Shown here: positions 12,149-22,538 of the stretch, piece after piece
How the letters are laid out: each line of letters opens with the position of its first letter
How positions within the stretch are numbered: position 1 is the first letter of the stretch
Assembly: GCA_963805975.1 (NCBI GenBank)
Contig: CAWDVR010000005.1
Coordinates: 32,001 to 96,000 of the forward strand
Source of the DNA: an uncultured Acidobacteriota bacterium
GTDB taxonomy: Bacteria; Acidobacteriota; Thermoanaerobaculia; Multivoradales; SZUA-115
Direction: 5' to 3'
Length of the DNA stretch: 64,000 nucleotides
The notes under the pieces: model-generated
The model's database searches: none
The model's input: the letters and a program-made list of their open reading frames with translations, nothing else
What the model was told of the DNA's origin: nothing
Position numbers and translations under genes: made by a program

Positions 12149-12738
12149 TCGGCTATCTCAAGGGCGTACCGCTCGCGGTGCGGCCGGACTCCGTCCTGCT
12201 CGACGTGGGTGGCGTCGGGTACGCCCTTTCGATTCCCCTCTCGACCTACTACGCCCTGGAGCGCGCGGGGGAAGGGCGGCCCGTGGGGCTCTATGTCCAC
12301 ACCCATCTGCGGGAGGACGAGATCAGCCTGTACGGCTTCTCGACGGAGCTCGAGAAGCTGCTCTTCGAACGGCTGATCGCGGTGTCGGGCGTCGGCCCTC
12401 GGCTCGCCCGCGTGCTCCTCTCCGGCATGCCGCCGGAGGAGGTCATCGCCGCTCTCGCCGCCGGCGACGCGACGCGCCTGACACGCATCCCCGGCGTCGG
12501 CCGCAAGACCGCCGAGCGGCTGGTGCTGGAGCTTGCGGACAAGATTCGGGAGCTGGGCCTCCCTCTACAGGCCCCACCCGCCATGGCGGCCGACGGCGAG
12601 GTGATCTCGGCGCTCGTCAACCTCGGCTACAAGATCGCCCTCGCCGAGAAGGCGGTGGCCGAGGCGCGGCGGCTGGCACCGGACGCCGAGTTCCACCAGA
12701 TCCTGAGAGCGAGCCTGCAGCGGCTGGCTCGCGGCTGA
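12145..12738 (+). CDS. ruvA: Holliday junction branch migration protein RuvA
   Basis: TTG start overlapping upstream stop; IGYLKG, DVGGVGY, LYGF, IPGVGRKTAERLVLEL, ALVNLGY. Confidence 0.95.
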   Translation: MIGYLKGVPLAVRPDSVLLDVGGVGYALSIPLSTYYALERAGEGRPVGLYVHTHLREDEISLYGFSTELEKLLFERLIAVSGVGPRLARVLLSGMPPEEVIAALAAGDATRLTRIPGVGRKTAERLVLELADKIRELGLPLQAPPAMAADGEVISALVNLGYKIALAEKAVAEARRLAPDAEFHQILRASLQRLARG

Positions 12739-12967
12739 GAGCGCTGCTTTTCCGAGGTCCCCACCTCGGCTGGTCCCGGAGTTACTTTTTCTCGACGGCA
12801 GGTCTTATACTCTTGTGTGCAGACATGGAGATGCCTTCGGAGTCTTCGCGGGTCGACCGGCGCCCAATGACCTGTCCCTGCTCGGTCGAGGCCCCGCACC
12901 TCTGAGGCATCAACGTCGGTGTCGGAACATTTCCGGCTGAACCCGGCTTCCTCATGGAGGGCTGGCC

Positions 12968-13063
12968 ATGCGTCTCCTGCTCTGGTTGCTTTCGCTGCTC
13001 GAAAATCCTCTCACCCCGTTCCGCGCCATCGAGGAGGGCTCCCTCAACGACCCCGATGGTTAG
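12968..13063 (+). CDS. Small peptide MRLLLWLLSLLENPLTPFRAIEEGSLNDPDG (31 aa), candidate signalling or precursor peptide
   Basis: GGAGG at 12956-12960, 7 nt before ATG; hydrophobic N-terminus, acidic DPDG C-terminus; below ORF-track cutoff. Confidence 0.6.
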   Translation: MRLLLWLLSLLENPLTPFRAIEEGSLNDPDG

Positions 13064-13132
13064 TGTCGCGCCCTACCCAGGCTCGCGAAATGGCACCTCG
13101 CGAGCGACTCCTGAGGTATAGTCGTGACAGTC

Positions 13133-13414
13133 ATGTCTGGGATCTACGCCGCGCGAGCGCGCGGCAGGAGCGCGACCGAGGGCAAGGCGGAAGGCCCCTT
13201 CGTCGAGTTCCTGCGCACGGTTCAGCCGAAGGCTACTCGGCTGATGGAGAGTTACTGCCTGGCGCCCGAGGCCACGTCCTCGATCTTTCACGACACGCTC
13301 GAAACTCTGGTGTGGAAGTGGGAGACGGTGCGAGATCGCGAGAGCTGGCTGCTGGCGGTCCTGCAACGCAAATGTGAGCTTCTCGCCCGCCCGCCCGGCG
13401 AGGTGCGGCGGTGA
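13133..13414 (+). CDS. Small protein resembling an isolated, degenerate ECF sigma region 2
   Basis: FVEFLRTVQPK...IFHDTLETLVWKWETVRDRESWLLAVLQRKC follows the sigma2 pattern; no sigma4; stop overlaps next start (GTGA). Confidence 0.55.
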   Translation: MSGIYAARARGRSATEGKAEGPFVEFLRTVQPKATRLMESYCLAPEATSSIFHDTLETLVWKWETVRDRESWLLAVLQRKCELLARPPGEVRR

Positions 13415-14703
13415 GCGGAGATCGATCTCTCCCACCGGAGCCTACACCTTTGGTGCCCGCGCTCCGGGCCCTCCCGGCGCCGCGCTCGACCGCACCTGCC
13501 GACGATCCCGCGGTCGACTACAACGCCGTCTTCGACCGGGTCTTTGCCGAGGCCGTGCGCCACGAGCGCAGCCTGGCTATGGAACGGGTGGAGGCGCTGG
13601 CGCTCGCCACCGAGCTCGAGGGCCAGCCGCCACGGCGGCGGCGCCTCCTGGTACGCAACAGCCGTCGCTACCAGACCTGGTCCATCTGCCAGGGCCTCAT
13701 CGACCGCAGCCACCAGCTCGGCTTCAACGAGCCCCAGGAAGGCCTTGACCTGGCCGAGCTCGCCACCGAGGTGGCCGAGCGGCTCGACGCCAGGCACTAC
13801 GGACCGATCCAGGTCCGGGACATGAAAGCCGCCGCCTGGAGCCAGTACGCCAACGCCCAGCGCGTAGTGTCCGACTTGCGTAAGGCGGACGAGGCGTTCG
13901 GCATCGCGGAGCACTTCCTGGCTGGCGGTACGGGCGACCTCCTGGCGCTCGCCCGCTTCTACGACCTCAAGGCGTCGCTGCGGCGCGCGCAGCGGCGGTT
14001 CGAGGAGAGCGAGGCCCTGCTGGGCTCGGCCATCGACCTCTATCGCCAGCTCCACGATTCCCGCCGCGAGGGCGGCGCGCTGATCAAGCTGGCGGCCGTC
14101 CGCGACCTGCAGGGCCGGCTCGAGAGCGCCATCGAGCTCGTGCAGCAAGGCTCCAGCCTGCTCGACCCGGTGGCCGACCTGCGCCAGATCAACCTGGCGC
14201 AGGCCAACCTCATCAGTCATCTCGCCGATGCCGGCCGCTGCCTCGAGGCCCAGGTCCTGCTGTCGCGCGCACGCCGGGCGCAAGTGGCCGAGGGGGACGC
14301 GATCCCGCTGCTGCGCTTGCGCTGGGTGGAAGGCAAGATCGCCGCCGGACTCGGCCACACCGCGCTCGCCGAGCGTGCCTTCAAGGACGCGCGGCAGGGC
14401 TTCGTCGACAACGGCCTGGGCTACGACGCGGCGCTGGTCTCGCTCGAGCTCGCCGAGCTCTTTGCGCGCGCCGGCCGCGCTGGCGAGATGAAGGTCCTCG
14501 CTCTCGAGATGCTGCCCATCTTCCGCTCCCGCGACGTGCACCGGGAGGCCCTCGCCGCGCTTCTGGTGCTGCGCCAGGCGATCGAGGCCGAGGCCGCCAC
14601 CACGGCGGTGATCGGTGAGGTGCGCACCTTCCTGCGCCAGGCCCGCGACAACCCGCGCCTGCGCTACGAGGGATCGGTATCCACCGTGGGCGCCACCGGT
14701 TGA
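13411..14703 (+). CDS. Tetratricopeptide-repeat-like helical protein
   Basis: Repeated helical motifs ([56 protein letters not shown]). Confidence 0.75.
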   Translation: MSGDRSLPPEPTPLVPALRALPAPRSTAPADDPAVDYNAVFDRVFAEAVRHERSLAMERVEALALATELEGQPPRRRRLLVRNSRRYQTWSICQGLIDRSHQLGFNEPQEGLDLAELATEVAERLDARHYGPIQVRDMKAAAWSQYANAQRVVSDLRKADEAFGIAEHFLAGGTGDLLALARFYDLKASLRRAQRRFEESEALLGSAIDLYRQLHDSRREGGALIKLAAVRDLQGRLESAIELVQQGSSLLDPVADLRQINLAQANLISHLADAGRCLEAQVLLSRARRAQVAEGDAIPLLRLRWVEGKIAAGLGHTALAERAFKDARQGFVDNGLGYDAALVSLELAELFARAGRAGEMKVLALEMLPIFRSRDVHREALAALLVLRQAIEAEAATTAVIGEVRTFLRQARDNPRLRYEGSVSTVGATG

Positions 14704-14764
14704 GCGCCCGCTCGCCGTTCCGCATCGAGCGCGGGCTCCGGCGACCCAGCCGCTCCCTGCCGCG

Positions 14765-15790
<1,026 letters not shown>

Positions 15791-15804
15791 TCTCCCGCCC
15801 AGCC

Positions 15805-17910
15805 ATGGCCCGGAGCCTCGACCCGATCTTCTCGCCGCGCTCGGTCGCCGTGATCGGCGCCTCGCGCCGCCGCGACTCGATCGGCTTCGCCCTGATCCGC
15901 AACCTGGTGGCCGGCGAGCTCAACGGCACTATCTTCCCGGTCAACCCCAACGCCTCGTCCGTCCACTCCCTCAAGTGCTACCCGTCGGTGGCGGCGATCC
16001 CCGACCCCGTGGACCTGGCGGTGATCGCGGTGCCGCGGCCGGCCGTGCAAGGGGTGGTCGAGGAGTGCCTGGCGCACGGGGTGCGCGGCTTGGTGGTGAT
16101 CACCGCCGGCTACGCCGAGACCGGCGAGGAGGGGGCGCGCCACGAGCGGTTGCTGCTCGACACCGTGCGCGCCGTGGGGGCGCGCATGATCGGCCCCAAC
16201 TGCATGGGCGTCATCAACACCGATCCCGAGGTGCGCTTGAACGCCACCTTCGCGCCGGTACCGGCGCTCGCCGGCTCGATCGGCTTCGTCAGCCAGTCGG
16301 GCGCGCTGGGGGTCGCCATCCTGAACGTGGCCTCCGACCTGGGTCTCGGCCTCACCCAGTTCGCCTCCATGGGCAACAAGGCCGACGTCTCCGGCAACGA
16401 CCTCCTCGAGCACTGGGAGGACGACGAGACGACGCGCGTGGTGGCGATGTACCTCGAGTCCTTCGGCAACCCGCGGCGCTTCACCGAGATCGCCAAGCGG
16501 GTGGGCAAGAGGAAGCCCATCCTGGTGGTCAAGTCCGGCCGCACCAGCGAAGGAGCCAAGGCGGCGAGCAGCCATACCGGCGCCATCGCCGGCGCCGACG
16601 TCTCGGTCTCGGCCTTCCTCGAGCAGTGCGGGGTGCTGCGCGCCGACACCATCGAGGAGCTGTTCGACGTCGCCCGCGCGCTCGACCGCTGCCCGCTGCC
16701 CCGCGGCGAAAGGGTGGCGATCGTCACCAATGCCGGCGGGCCGGCGATCATGGCGACCGACGCCTGCGTCAGTCTCGGGCTCGAGATGGCGGAGCTCGGC
16801 CCCGCGACCGTGGCCGAGCTGCGGAGCTTCCTGCCGCGCGAGGCGAGCTTCGGCAACCCGGTCGACATGATCGCCTCGGCCAACGACGTCAACTACGCGC
16901 GCGCCCTCCAGGCCGTCGCCGCCGATCCGGGCGTCGACATGGTGATGGTGATCAACGTCACGCCGCTCCAGTACCGGCCCGAGGACGTGATGGCGGCGGT
17001 CGCCCGCGTGGCCGGCGAGCAGCGGGAGCCGAAGCCGGTGCTGGCGGTGATGATGGCCACCGACGACTTCTACGAGGAGATGAAGCTCCGCGCCGGCGAG
17101 CCGCCGATCTACCGCTTCCCCGAGGCGGCGGCGCGCGCCATGGCCCAGCTCGCCCGCTACGCGGCCTGGCGCCGCCGGCCGGCCGACGAGGCGCCGCCCG
17201 ACTTCCCCATGGACGACGACGAGATCGGCCGCCTGCTGGCGGCGACCGGCGACGGCTACCTGCCCGCCGGCGACGCCTTCCGCGTGCTGGAGCTGGCCGG
17301 CATCCCGCTGGCCCCGTACCGGGTCGCGAACACCGCGGACGGCGCGCTCGCAGCGGCCTCCGAGATCGGCTACCCCGTGGCCGTCAAGGCCGACGCCGTG
17401 GGCCTGGTGCACAAGAGCGACGTGGGAGCGGTGGCCCTGGGGCTCGGCTCGAAAGAGGAGCTGGCCGAGGCGCTCCGGGCCATGGAGCAGCGCCTGAGCG
17501 AGGCGGGGTACACGGCGCGCTCCTTTGTCGTCCAGGAGATGGTGAAGGGCGGCCACGAGGTGATCTTCGGGCTCTCGACCGATCCGCGCTTCGGGCCGCT
17601 CCTGATGTTCGGCCTGGGAGGCAAGTACGTCGAGGTGCTGCGCGACGTGCGCTTCGGCGTGACGCCGCTCTCCGCCGCCGAAGCGGAAGAGATGGTCCGC
17701 GGCATCCGCGGCTTCCCGCTCCTCGCCGGCGTGCGCGGCGAGCGAGCGGCTGATCTCCCGATCCTGATCGAGATCCTCCTCCGCCTAGCCCAGCTCGGCC
17801 GGCGTTTCCCTGCCATCCGCGAGCTCGACGTCAACCCGTTCCTGGCTTCACCGGAGCGGGAGACCGCGGTGGCGCTGGATGCAAGGATTCGGGTGGAGGG
17901 AGGTCCGTAA
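15805..17910 (+). CDS. ADP-forming acyl-CoA synthetase (acetate-CoA ligase family)
   Basis: IFSPRSVAVIGAS, IGPNCMG, SQSGALG, SSHTGA phospho-His, ATP-grasp HKSDVG. Confidence 0.9.
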   Translation: MARSLDPIFSPRSVAVIGASRRRDSIGFALIRNLVAGELNGTIFPVNPNASSVHSLKCYPSVAAIPDPVDLAVIAVPRPAVQGVVEECLAHGVRGLVVITAGYAETGEEGARHERLLLDTVRAVGARMIGPNCMGVINTDPEVRLNATFAPVPALAGSIGFVSQSGALGVAILNVASDLGLGLTQFASMGNKADVSGNDLLEHWEDDETTRVVAMYLESFGNPRRFTEIAKRVGKRKPILVVKSGRTSEGAKAASSHTGAIAGADVSVSAFLEQCGVLRADTIEELFDVARALDRCPLPRGERVAIVTNAGGPAIMATDACVSLGLEMAELGPATVAELRSFLPREASFGNPVDMIASANDVNYARALQAVAADPGVDMVMVINVTPLQYRPEDVMAAVARVAGEQREPKPVLAVMMATDDFYEEMKLRAGEPPIYRFPEAAARAMAQLARYAAWRRRPADEAPPDFPMDDDEIGRLLAATGDGYLPAGDAFRVLELAGIPLAPYRVANTADGALAAASEIGYPVAVKADAVGLVHKSDVGAVALGLGSKEELAEALRAMEQRLSEAGYTARSFVVQEMVKGGHEVIFGLSTDPRFGPLLMFGLGGKYVEVLRDVRFGVTPLSAAEAEEMVRGIRGFPLLAGVRGERAADLPILIEILLRLAQLGRRFPAIRELDVNPFLASPERETAVALDARIRVEGGP

Positions 17911-18001
17911 GGACCGCCAGTGCTAGCATCGGCTCAAATTCCGAACCAGGGAAGGGCCGGTGATGGCGACAGGTGTCGTCGCTGCCGAGCGAGTGGAGCG
18001 C

Positions 18002-18934
18002 ATGACTCCCACCGTCGTCTACTTCATCCAGAGCCACCGCGACCCGGAGCAGATCTACCGCGTGGTGCGCACGCTGCGGCGGGGGAGCGAGCGGGGCGTG
18101 ATCGTGGTGCAGCACAACTTCGCCAGCTGCCCTCTCGACTGGGCGCCGCTGGCGGACGTGCCGGGGACCCACCTGCTGCCGGCCTCGGGAAGGCAGATCC
18201 GCTCGCACTTCTCCTGCCAGGTGCAGCCCTACCTCGACCTGATCGCCTGGCTGGAGCGCGAAGGGATCGCCTACGACTGGCTGGTGAACCTGACGGCACA
18301 GGACTATCCCGTCACGCCGGTGCCCGAGATCGAGCGCTTCCTGGGCGCCGCGAGCGCGGATGCGTTCATCCGCTACTGGGACGTGCTGTCGCCGGCGAGC
18401 CCGTGGTCCCGGCGCAAGGCCAGGGCCCGCTACTGGCACCGCTACTGGCGCTTCGCCGAGGGGAGCGAGCCCGCGCTCCGGAGGGTGCGGTTCCTGACCA
18501 AGCTGCTGCCGCTGCACTTCTATCTCGACTACGGGCCCTGGGTGGGCCTGCGGAAGCTCTCGACGCCGTTCTCGAACGAGTTCCGCTGCTACGGCGGCTG
18601 GGCGTGGTTCTCGTTGCGGCGGGAGGCCGCGCTCTACCTCAAGGATTTCCTGGCGTCGCACCCGGAGGTCGACCGCCACTACCGCGAGGTCAAGGTCCCG
18701 GAGGAGTCGCTGGTGCAGACGGTGCTCGCCAACAGCGGCCGCTTCCGCATGGTGGACGACGACCTGCGCTACATCGACTACGCGCGGGCCCACAAGGGCT
18801 CGCCGCGCGTGATGACCGTGGACGACCTGCCGCTTTTCGCCACGGGGCGCTACCACTTCGCGCGCAAGTTCGACCTCGGGGTCGATGCGGTGGTGCTCGA
18901 CCGCATCGACCGCGAGCTGCTGGGGATGGCATGA
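18002..18934 (+). CDS. Core-2/I-branching (GT14-like) glycosyltransferase
   Basis: YFIQSHRDPEQ, NLTAQDYP, GWAWFSL, PEESLVQT, DDDLRYID, FARKFD. Confidence 0.8.
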   Translation: MTPTVVYFIQSHRDPEQIYRVVRTLRRGSERGVIVVQHNFASCPLDWAPLADVPGTHLLPASGRQIRSHFSCQVQPYLDLIAWLEREGIAYDWLVNLTAQDYPVTPVPEIERFLGAASADAFIRYWDVLSPASPWSRRKARARYWHRYWRFAEGSEPALRRVRFLTKLLPLHFYLDYGPWVGLRKLSTPFSNEFRCYGGWAWFSLRREAALYLKDFLASHPEVDRHYREVKVPEESLVQTVLANSGRFRMVDDDLRYIDYARAHKGSPRVMTVDDLPLFATGRYHFARKFDLGVDAVVLDRIDRELLGMA

Positions 18935-18985
18935 GAGGGCGCACGCCGTGCGCCCCGACGAGACGGCCGGCACGGGGGCCGGCCG

Positions 18986-19612
18986 CTACGGCTTGATCTC
19001 GGCCTTGGTGATCACGATCGGGTCGACCGGAACGTTCTGGTGGGGGCCGCGGTTCCCGGTCGGGACCTTGGCGATGGCGTCCACCACGTCCATGCCCTCG
19101 ACCACGCGGCCGAACACGGCATAGCCCCAGGGATCGCGATCGGGCGAGGGATCGAGCCCCTTGTTGTCGACCAGGTTGACGAAGAACTGGGAGGTGGCGC
19201 TGTTCGGGTCGGGGGTGCGCGCCATCGACAGCGAGCCGCGCACGTTCTTGAGGCCGTTCTTCGCCTCGTTCTCGATGCCTGCCTTGGTCGGCTTCTGCTT
19301 CATGTCGGCAGTGAAGCCGCCGCCCTGGATCACGAAGCCTGGCATGACGCGGTGGAACACCGTGCCGTCGAAATGGCCGGAGCGGGTGTAGGCGAGGAAG
19401 TTCTCGACCGTCTTGGGCGCCTTGGCGCTCTCGAGCTCGATGACGATGTCGCCCTTCGAGGTATGAAACACCACCTGGGGGTTGCTCACGCTGGGCTCCT
19501 TGGCCGTGGTCTGGGTCGTCGCCGGGGTGCCGGGCTTGGGCGGCTGCGGGCTCGGGGCCGGCGCCGCAGGCAGTGCCATGGCGAGGACGAGAATGGAAGC
19601 TACGAAGCTCAT
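18986..19612 (-). CDS. Exported cyclophilin-type peptidyl-prolyl isomerase
   Basis: Signal peptide; APKTVENF, FHRVMPGFVIQGGG, SATSQFFVN, GYAVFGRV. Confidence 0.93.
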   Translation of the reverse strand: MSFVASILVLAMALPAAPAPSPQPPKPGTPATTQTTAKEPSVSNPQVVFHTSKGDIVIELESAKAPKTVENFLAYTRSGHFDGTVFHRVMPGFVIQGGGFTADMKQKPTKAGIENEAKNGLKNVRGSLSMARTPDPNSATSQFFVNLVDNKGLDPSPDRDPWGYAVFGRVVEGMDVVDAIAKVPTGNRGPHQNVPVDPIVITKAEIKP

Positions 19613-19671
19613 GGGGTTCCTCCGCGGATACTGCGCTCGTGGGGACCGAGCGGATGAGTGAGAATCCTAGC

Positions 19672-20265
19672 ATGCGACCCGGTGCCATCCCGCCCGCCGG
19701 CGTGGTGCTGGCGGGCGGAGAATCGCGGCGGCTGGGCCGCGACAAGGCGGCGCTCTCTTTCGCCGGCGAGCCGCTGGTGGCGCGGGCGGCGGCGAAGCTC
19801 GCCGCGCTCGTCGAGCCGGTGGTGATCGCCGACCGCGGCCGGCGCTATCTCGAGGGCTTTCGTTCCGTGACGGACGGCCCGGGGGCAGGCCCGCTCGCCG
19901 GCCTGCTGGGTGCCGCGGCGACTCTGCCGGGGCGCTCGCTCCTGGCCCTGGCCTGCGACCTGCCGCTGCTTCCCGCCGCGCTGCTCGCGGCCTTGGCAGA
20001 GGAGACCGCCTTCGACTGGGTGCTGGCGAGGACCGGGCGTGGCACCGAGCCGCTCTGCGCCCTCTACTCACCGGCGGCGCTTACGCGCCTCGAGCGCCGC
20101 GCCGCCGCGGGCGTCTACTCGCTCCACGACCTCGACACCGAGCGCGGGCTCTCCGTCCTCTGGCTGGGACCCGACGAGCTGGCGCGGTTCGGCGATCCGG
20201 CGCGGATGTTCCTCAACATCAACCGCCGCGAGGACGTCGCGGCGCTCGCGGCCGAGGATCTCTAG
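19672..20265 (+). CDS. mobA: Molybdenum cofactor guanylyltransferase
   Basis: VLAGGESRRLGRDKA, GPLAG, ACDLP, EPLCALY, FLNIN. Confidence 0.88.
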   Translation: MRPGAIPPAGVVLAGGESRRLGRDKAALSFAGEPLVARAAAKLAALVEPVVIADRGRRYLEGFRSVTDGPGAGPLAGLLGAAATLPGRSLLALACDLPLLPAALLAALAEETAFDWVLARTGRGTEPLCALYSPAALTRLERRAAAGVYSLHDLDTERGLSVLWLGPDELARFGDPARMFLNINRREDVAALAAEDL

Positions 20266-20573
20266 GCGCTGACCGGCGTCGGGTCGATGTCGCGCAGGAA
20301 GTCGTAGCGGTAGATCCCCGTGCCGTGCCCGTCGGAGAACACCAGCGACAGGCCGTAGTTGCCCACCGGCTGAATGGCCTTGAGATCGACGCTCGACGCC
20401 GGCGGACGGAAGATGATCTCGGTCGCCGTGTGGCCCTGACAGACGGCGCAGGGGCAGTAGCCGCGCAGGTAGTCGTAGTCGTAGAGCGCGGTACGGCCGT
20501 CGTTCCAGGTGAGGGCGAGGCGTCGCTCCTCGGGCAGGCGGCGCGCTTCGGTCAGGTAGAGGGGGGCGGCCAC
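20262..20573 (-). CDS. DUF971 (GBBH-like N-terminal) protein
   Basis: YLRGYCPCAVC, PVGNYGL, FSDGHGTGIY. Confidence 0.85.
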   Translation of the reverse strand: MAAPLYLTEARRLPEERRLALTWNDGRTALYDYDYLRGYCPCAVCQGHTATEIIFRPPASSVDLKAIQPVGNYGLSLVFSDGHGTGIYRYDFLRDIDPTPVSA

Positions 20574-20617
20574 GCCGGCGATGGTAGCATTCTCGCCGGA
20601 CACCACAGGAGCCTTCC

Positions 20618-21259
20618 ATGCGCAACCGCGTTGCACCCTTGCTCATCGCCCTCGCCGCTCTCGCGCTCTTGCTTCCCGGGATCGCTCAGGCACAGGCCGG
20701 CGGCCGCTTCGAGCTCACCCCGACCCTGATCTACCGCGGCGTGGGCGACGTGGACGTGGAAGACATCGACATCTTCGACGACTCGCTCGAGATCGACGAG
20801 GGCACGGCGCTGGGGGTCCATCTCGGCATCCCTCTCGGCCGCATGGTCTCGCTCGAGCTCCTGGCCAACCGGCAGGAGACCGAGCTCCTGGCCGATGGTG
20901 GCCTGTTCTCGGAAGAGACGGTGATCGCCGACGTCGACATCTCCTACTACCACGTCGGGCTCGCGCTCCAGTTCGGCAACGGCCAGGTGCATCCGTTCGT
21001 CGCCGGCAGCCTGGGCCTGGCCCGCATCGAGGTGGACCTGCCCGGCACGACCGACGTGGACCGTCCCTCCGCCAGCCTGGGCGGCGGCGTCAAGATCTTC
21101 TTCGGCGAGCACTTCGGGTTGCGGCTCGAGGGCCGCGGCTACTACATCGCGCTCGACGACGACGAGGACCGCGACGACGATCGGGACCACGATCGCTGGG
21201 AGAACGAGGACTCGGTCACCCAGGCCGAGGCCTCGGTGGGCCTGATCTTCAGTTGGTGA
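20618..21259 (+). CDS. Outer-membrane beta-barrel protein
   Basis: Signal peptide, alternating beta strands, terminal aromatic (GLIFSW). Confidence 0.75.
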   Translation: MRNRVAPLLIALAALALLLPGIAQAQAGGRFELTPTLIYRGVGDVDVEDIDIFDDSLEIDEGTALGVHLGIPLGRMVSLELLANRQETELLADGGLFSEETVIADVDISYYHVGLALQFGNGQVHPFVAGSLGLARIEVDLPGTTDVDRPSASLGGGVKIFFGEHFGLRLEGRGYYIALDDDEDRDDDRDHDRWENEDSVTQAEASVGLIFSW

Positions 21260-21269
21260 GGCGGGCCGG

Positions 21270-22508
21270 CTAGTCCCGGCCGTGGTCCGCTTCCACGTCG
21301 TGGGGCCGGCGCGCCAAGATCAGCGCCTGGCCGACCTCGCCCATGCGGCGGAAGCCCAGCAGGTGGAAGATCTCGAGCGCGTACCAGCGGGCGATGCGCA
21401 GGCTCACCAGGTAGGTCGCCGGCTGCTCCGGGTGGCGGCGCACGCCGGGCAGCCAGTGCACGATCGAATCGACCCGCATCCTGCGCAGCCAGGCGGAGAG
21501 CTTGAGCCACGCCGGGTGGAAGCCGCGCACCAGGAAGAAGCCGTCGTCGCCGAGCCGCTGGTAGAGCGGCATCAGGATCAGCCCGCGCTCGGGCACGCGG
21601 ACCGGTCCCCGGCGGTCGTGGGCCACCACCTGCCCCTTCTCGACCGCCTGGAAGCTGGTGAAGCCGGGCAGCATGCGGAACTCGTCCGGCGGCGTGATGG
21701 CGTGCCGGTAGCGCACCTCGACCACCGGCGGCAGCGCTGCGGACGCGGTGGCGAGCAGGCGGCCGAGACGGGCCGGGCGAGGGATCTTGCCCGGCGCCAG
21801 GAGCCCCGCGCTCTCGAGCGCGATCCAGATCGCGGTCTCGGCATGGTCGACCGTCGTCGGGCCCTGGTGCTGGCCGCCCTCGAAGGCCACCGTCACGTGA
21901 CCGCGGTCCGAGCAGTAGGCGAGGAGCGTGCCCTCGAGCTGCTCCTCGAGGCCGAGCACGACCGGCGCCGGGATGCGCGCCGCGAACGCCCGGTTGCGCA
22001 ACGTGTCGGCCAGCACCACGAAGGGCGCGCCGCCGCCCGAGGTGGAGTGCAGGTCCAGAATGTAGGTGCGGCCGCGGGCGCGGCCGAAGACGGCCTCGAG
22101 CTCCTGCGCCAGCTCGAGCTGCTCGCGATCCTCTTCGACGAGCGTCTCGCGCTCGGCGCGGCGCTCGATGGCCTCCAGCCGCCGGCGGGTCCAGGAACGG
22201 TTGAGGTCGCGAGACCGATAGCGCACGCCCTCGGCGAGCGCCTGGCGGTTGCCGGAGAGGGCCACCAGCTCGCCGGCCAACAGATGCTCCCGACCGGACA
22301 GCTCGGCGAGCACCCGGGCCAGGGCGGCCGGACCGCTGGGCTCGTTGCCGTGCACGCCGCCGATCACCACCAGGGTGGGCCCTGGACGTGCTCCGAGGAC
22401 CCGCCCCAGCACCCGGGCCGGAAGCGCCGGCGTGAAAACGCCCTCCTGGCTGGAAACGTTTTCCATCTCGCCCGCATCCCGCCGCTCGAGAACTGCCATC
22501 GCGCTCAT
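21270..22508 (-). CDS. Succinylglutamate desuccinylase/aspartoacylase family hydrolase
   Basis: GGVHGNE, DLNR, LDLHST, FEGGQH. Confidence 0.85.
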   Translation of the reverse strand: MSAMAVLERRDAGEMENVSSQEGVFTPALPARVLGRVLGARPGPTLVVIGGVHGNEPSGPAALARVLAELSGREHLLAGELVALSGNRQALAEGVRYRSRDLNRSWTRRRLEAIERRAERETLVEEDREQLELAQELEAVFGRARGRTYILDLHSTSGGGAPFVVLADTLRNRAFAARIPAPVVLGLEEQLEGTLLAYCSDRGHVTVAFEGGQHQGPTTVDHAETAIWIALESAGLLAPGKIPRPARLGRLLATASAALPPVVEVRYRHAITPPDEFRMLPGFTSFQAVEKGQVVAHDRRGPVRVPERGLILMPLYQRLGDDGFFLVRGFHPAWLKLSAWLRRMRVDSIVHWLPGVRRHPEQPATYLVSLRIARWYALEIFHLLGFRRMGEVGQALILARRPHDVEADHGRD

Positions 22509-22538
22509 CTTAGACCTCGATCAAAGTCGCGCACCCTA

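Noticed and set aside
10207-12738. 843-aa ORF appearing to fuse a long N-terminus to RuvA
   Set aside because: Upstream part is an off-frame read of the surA/ppiD-like gene; ruvA starts at TTG 12145.
12825-12905. 26-codon ORF MEMPSESSRVDRRPMTCPCSVEAPHL
   Set aside because: No convincing RBS at its first ATG and it coincides with the RNA hairpin; structure explains the region better.
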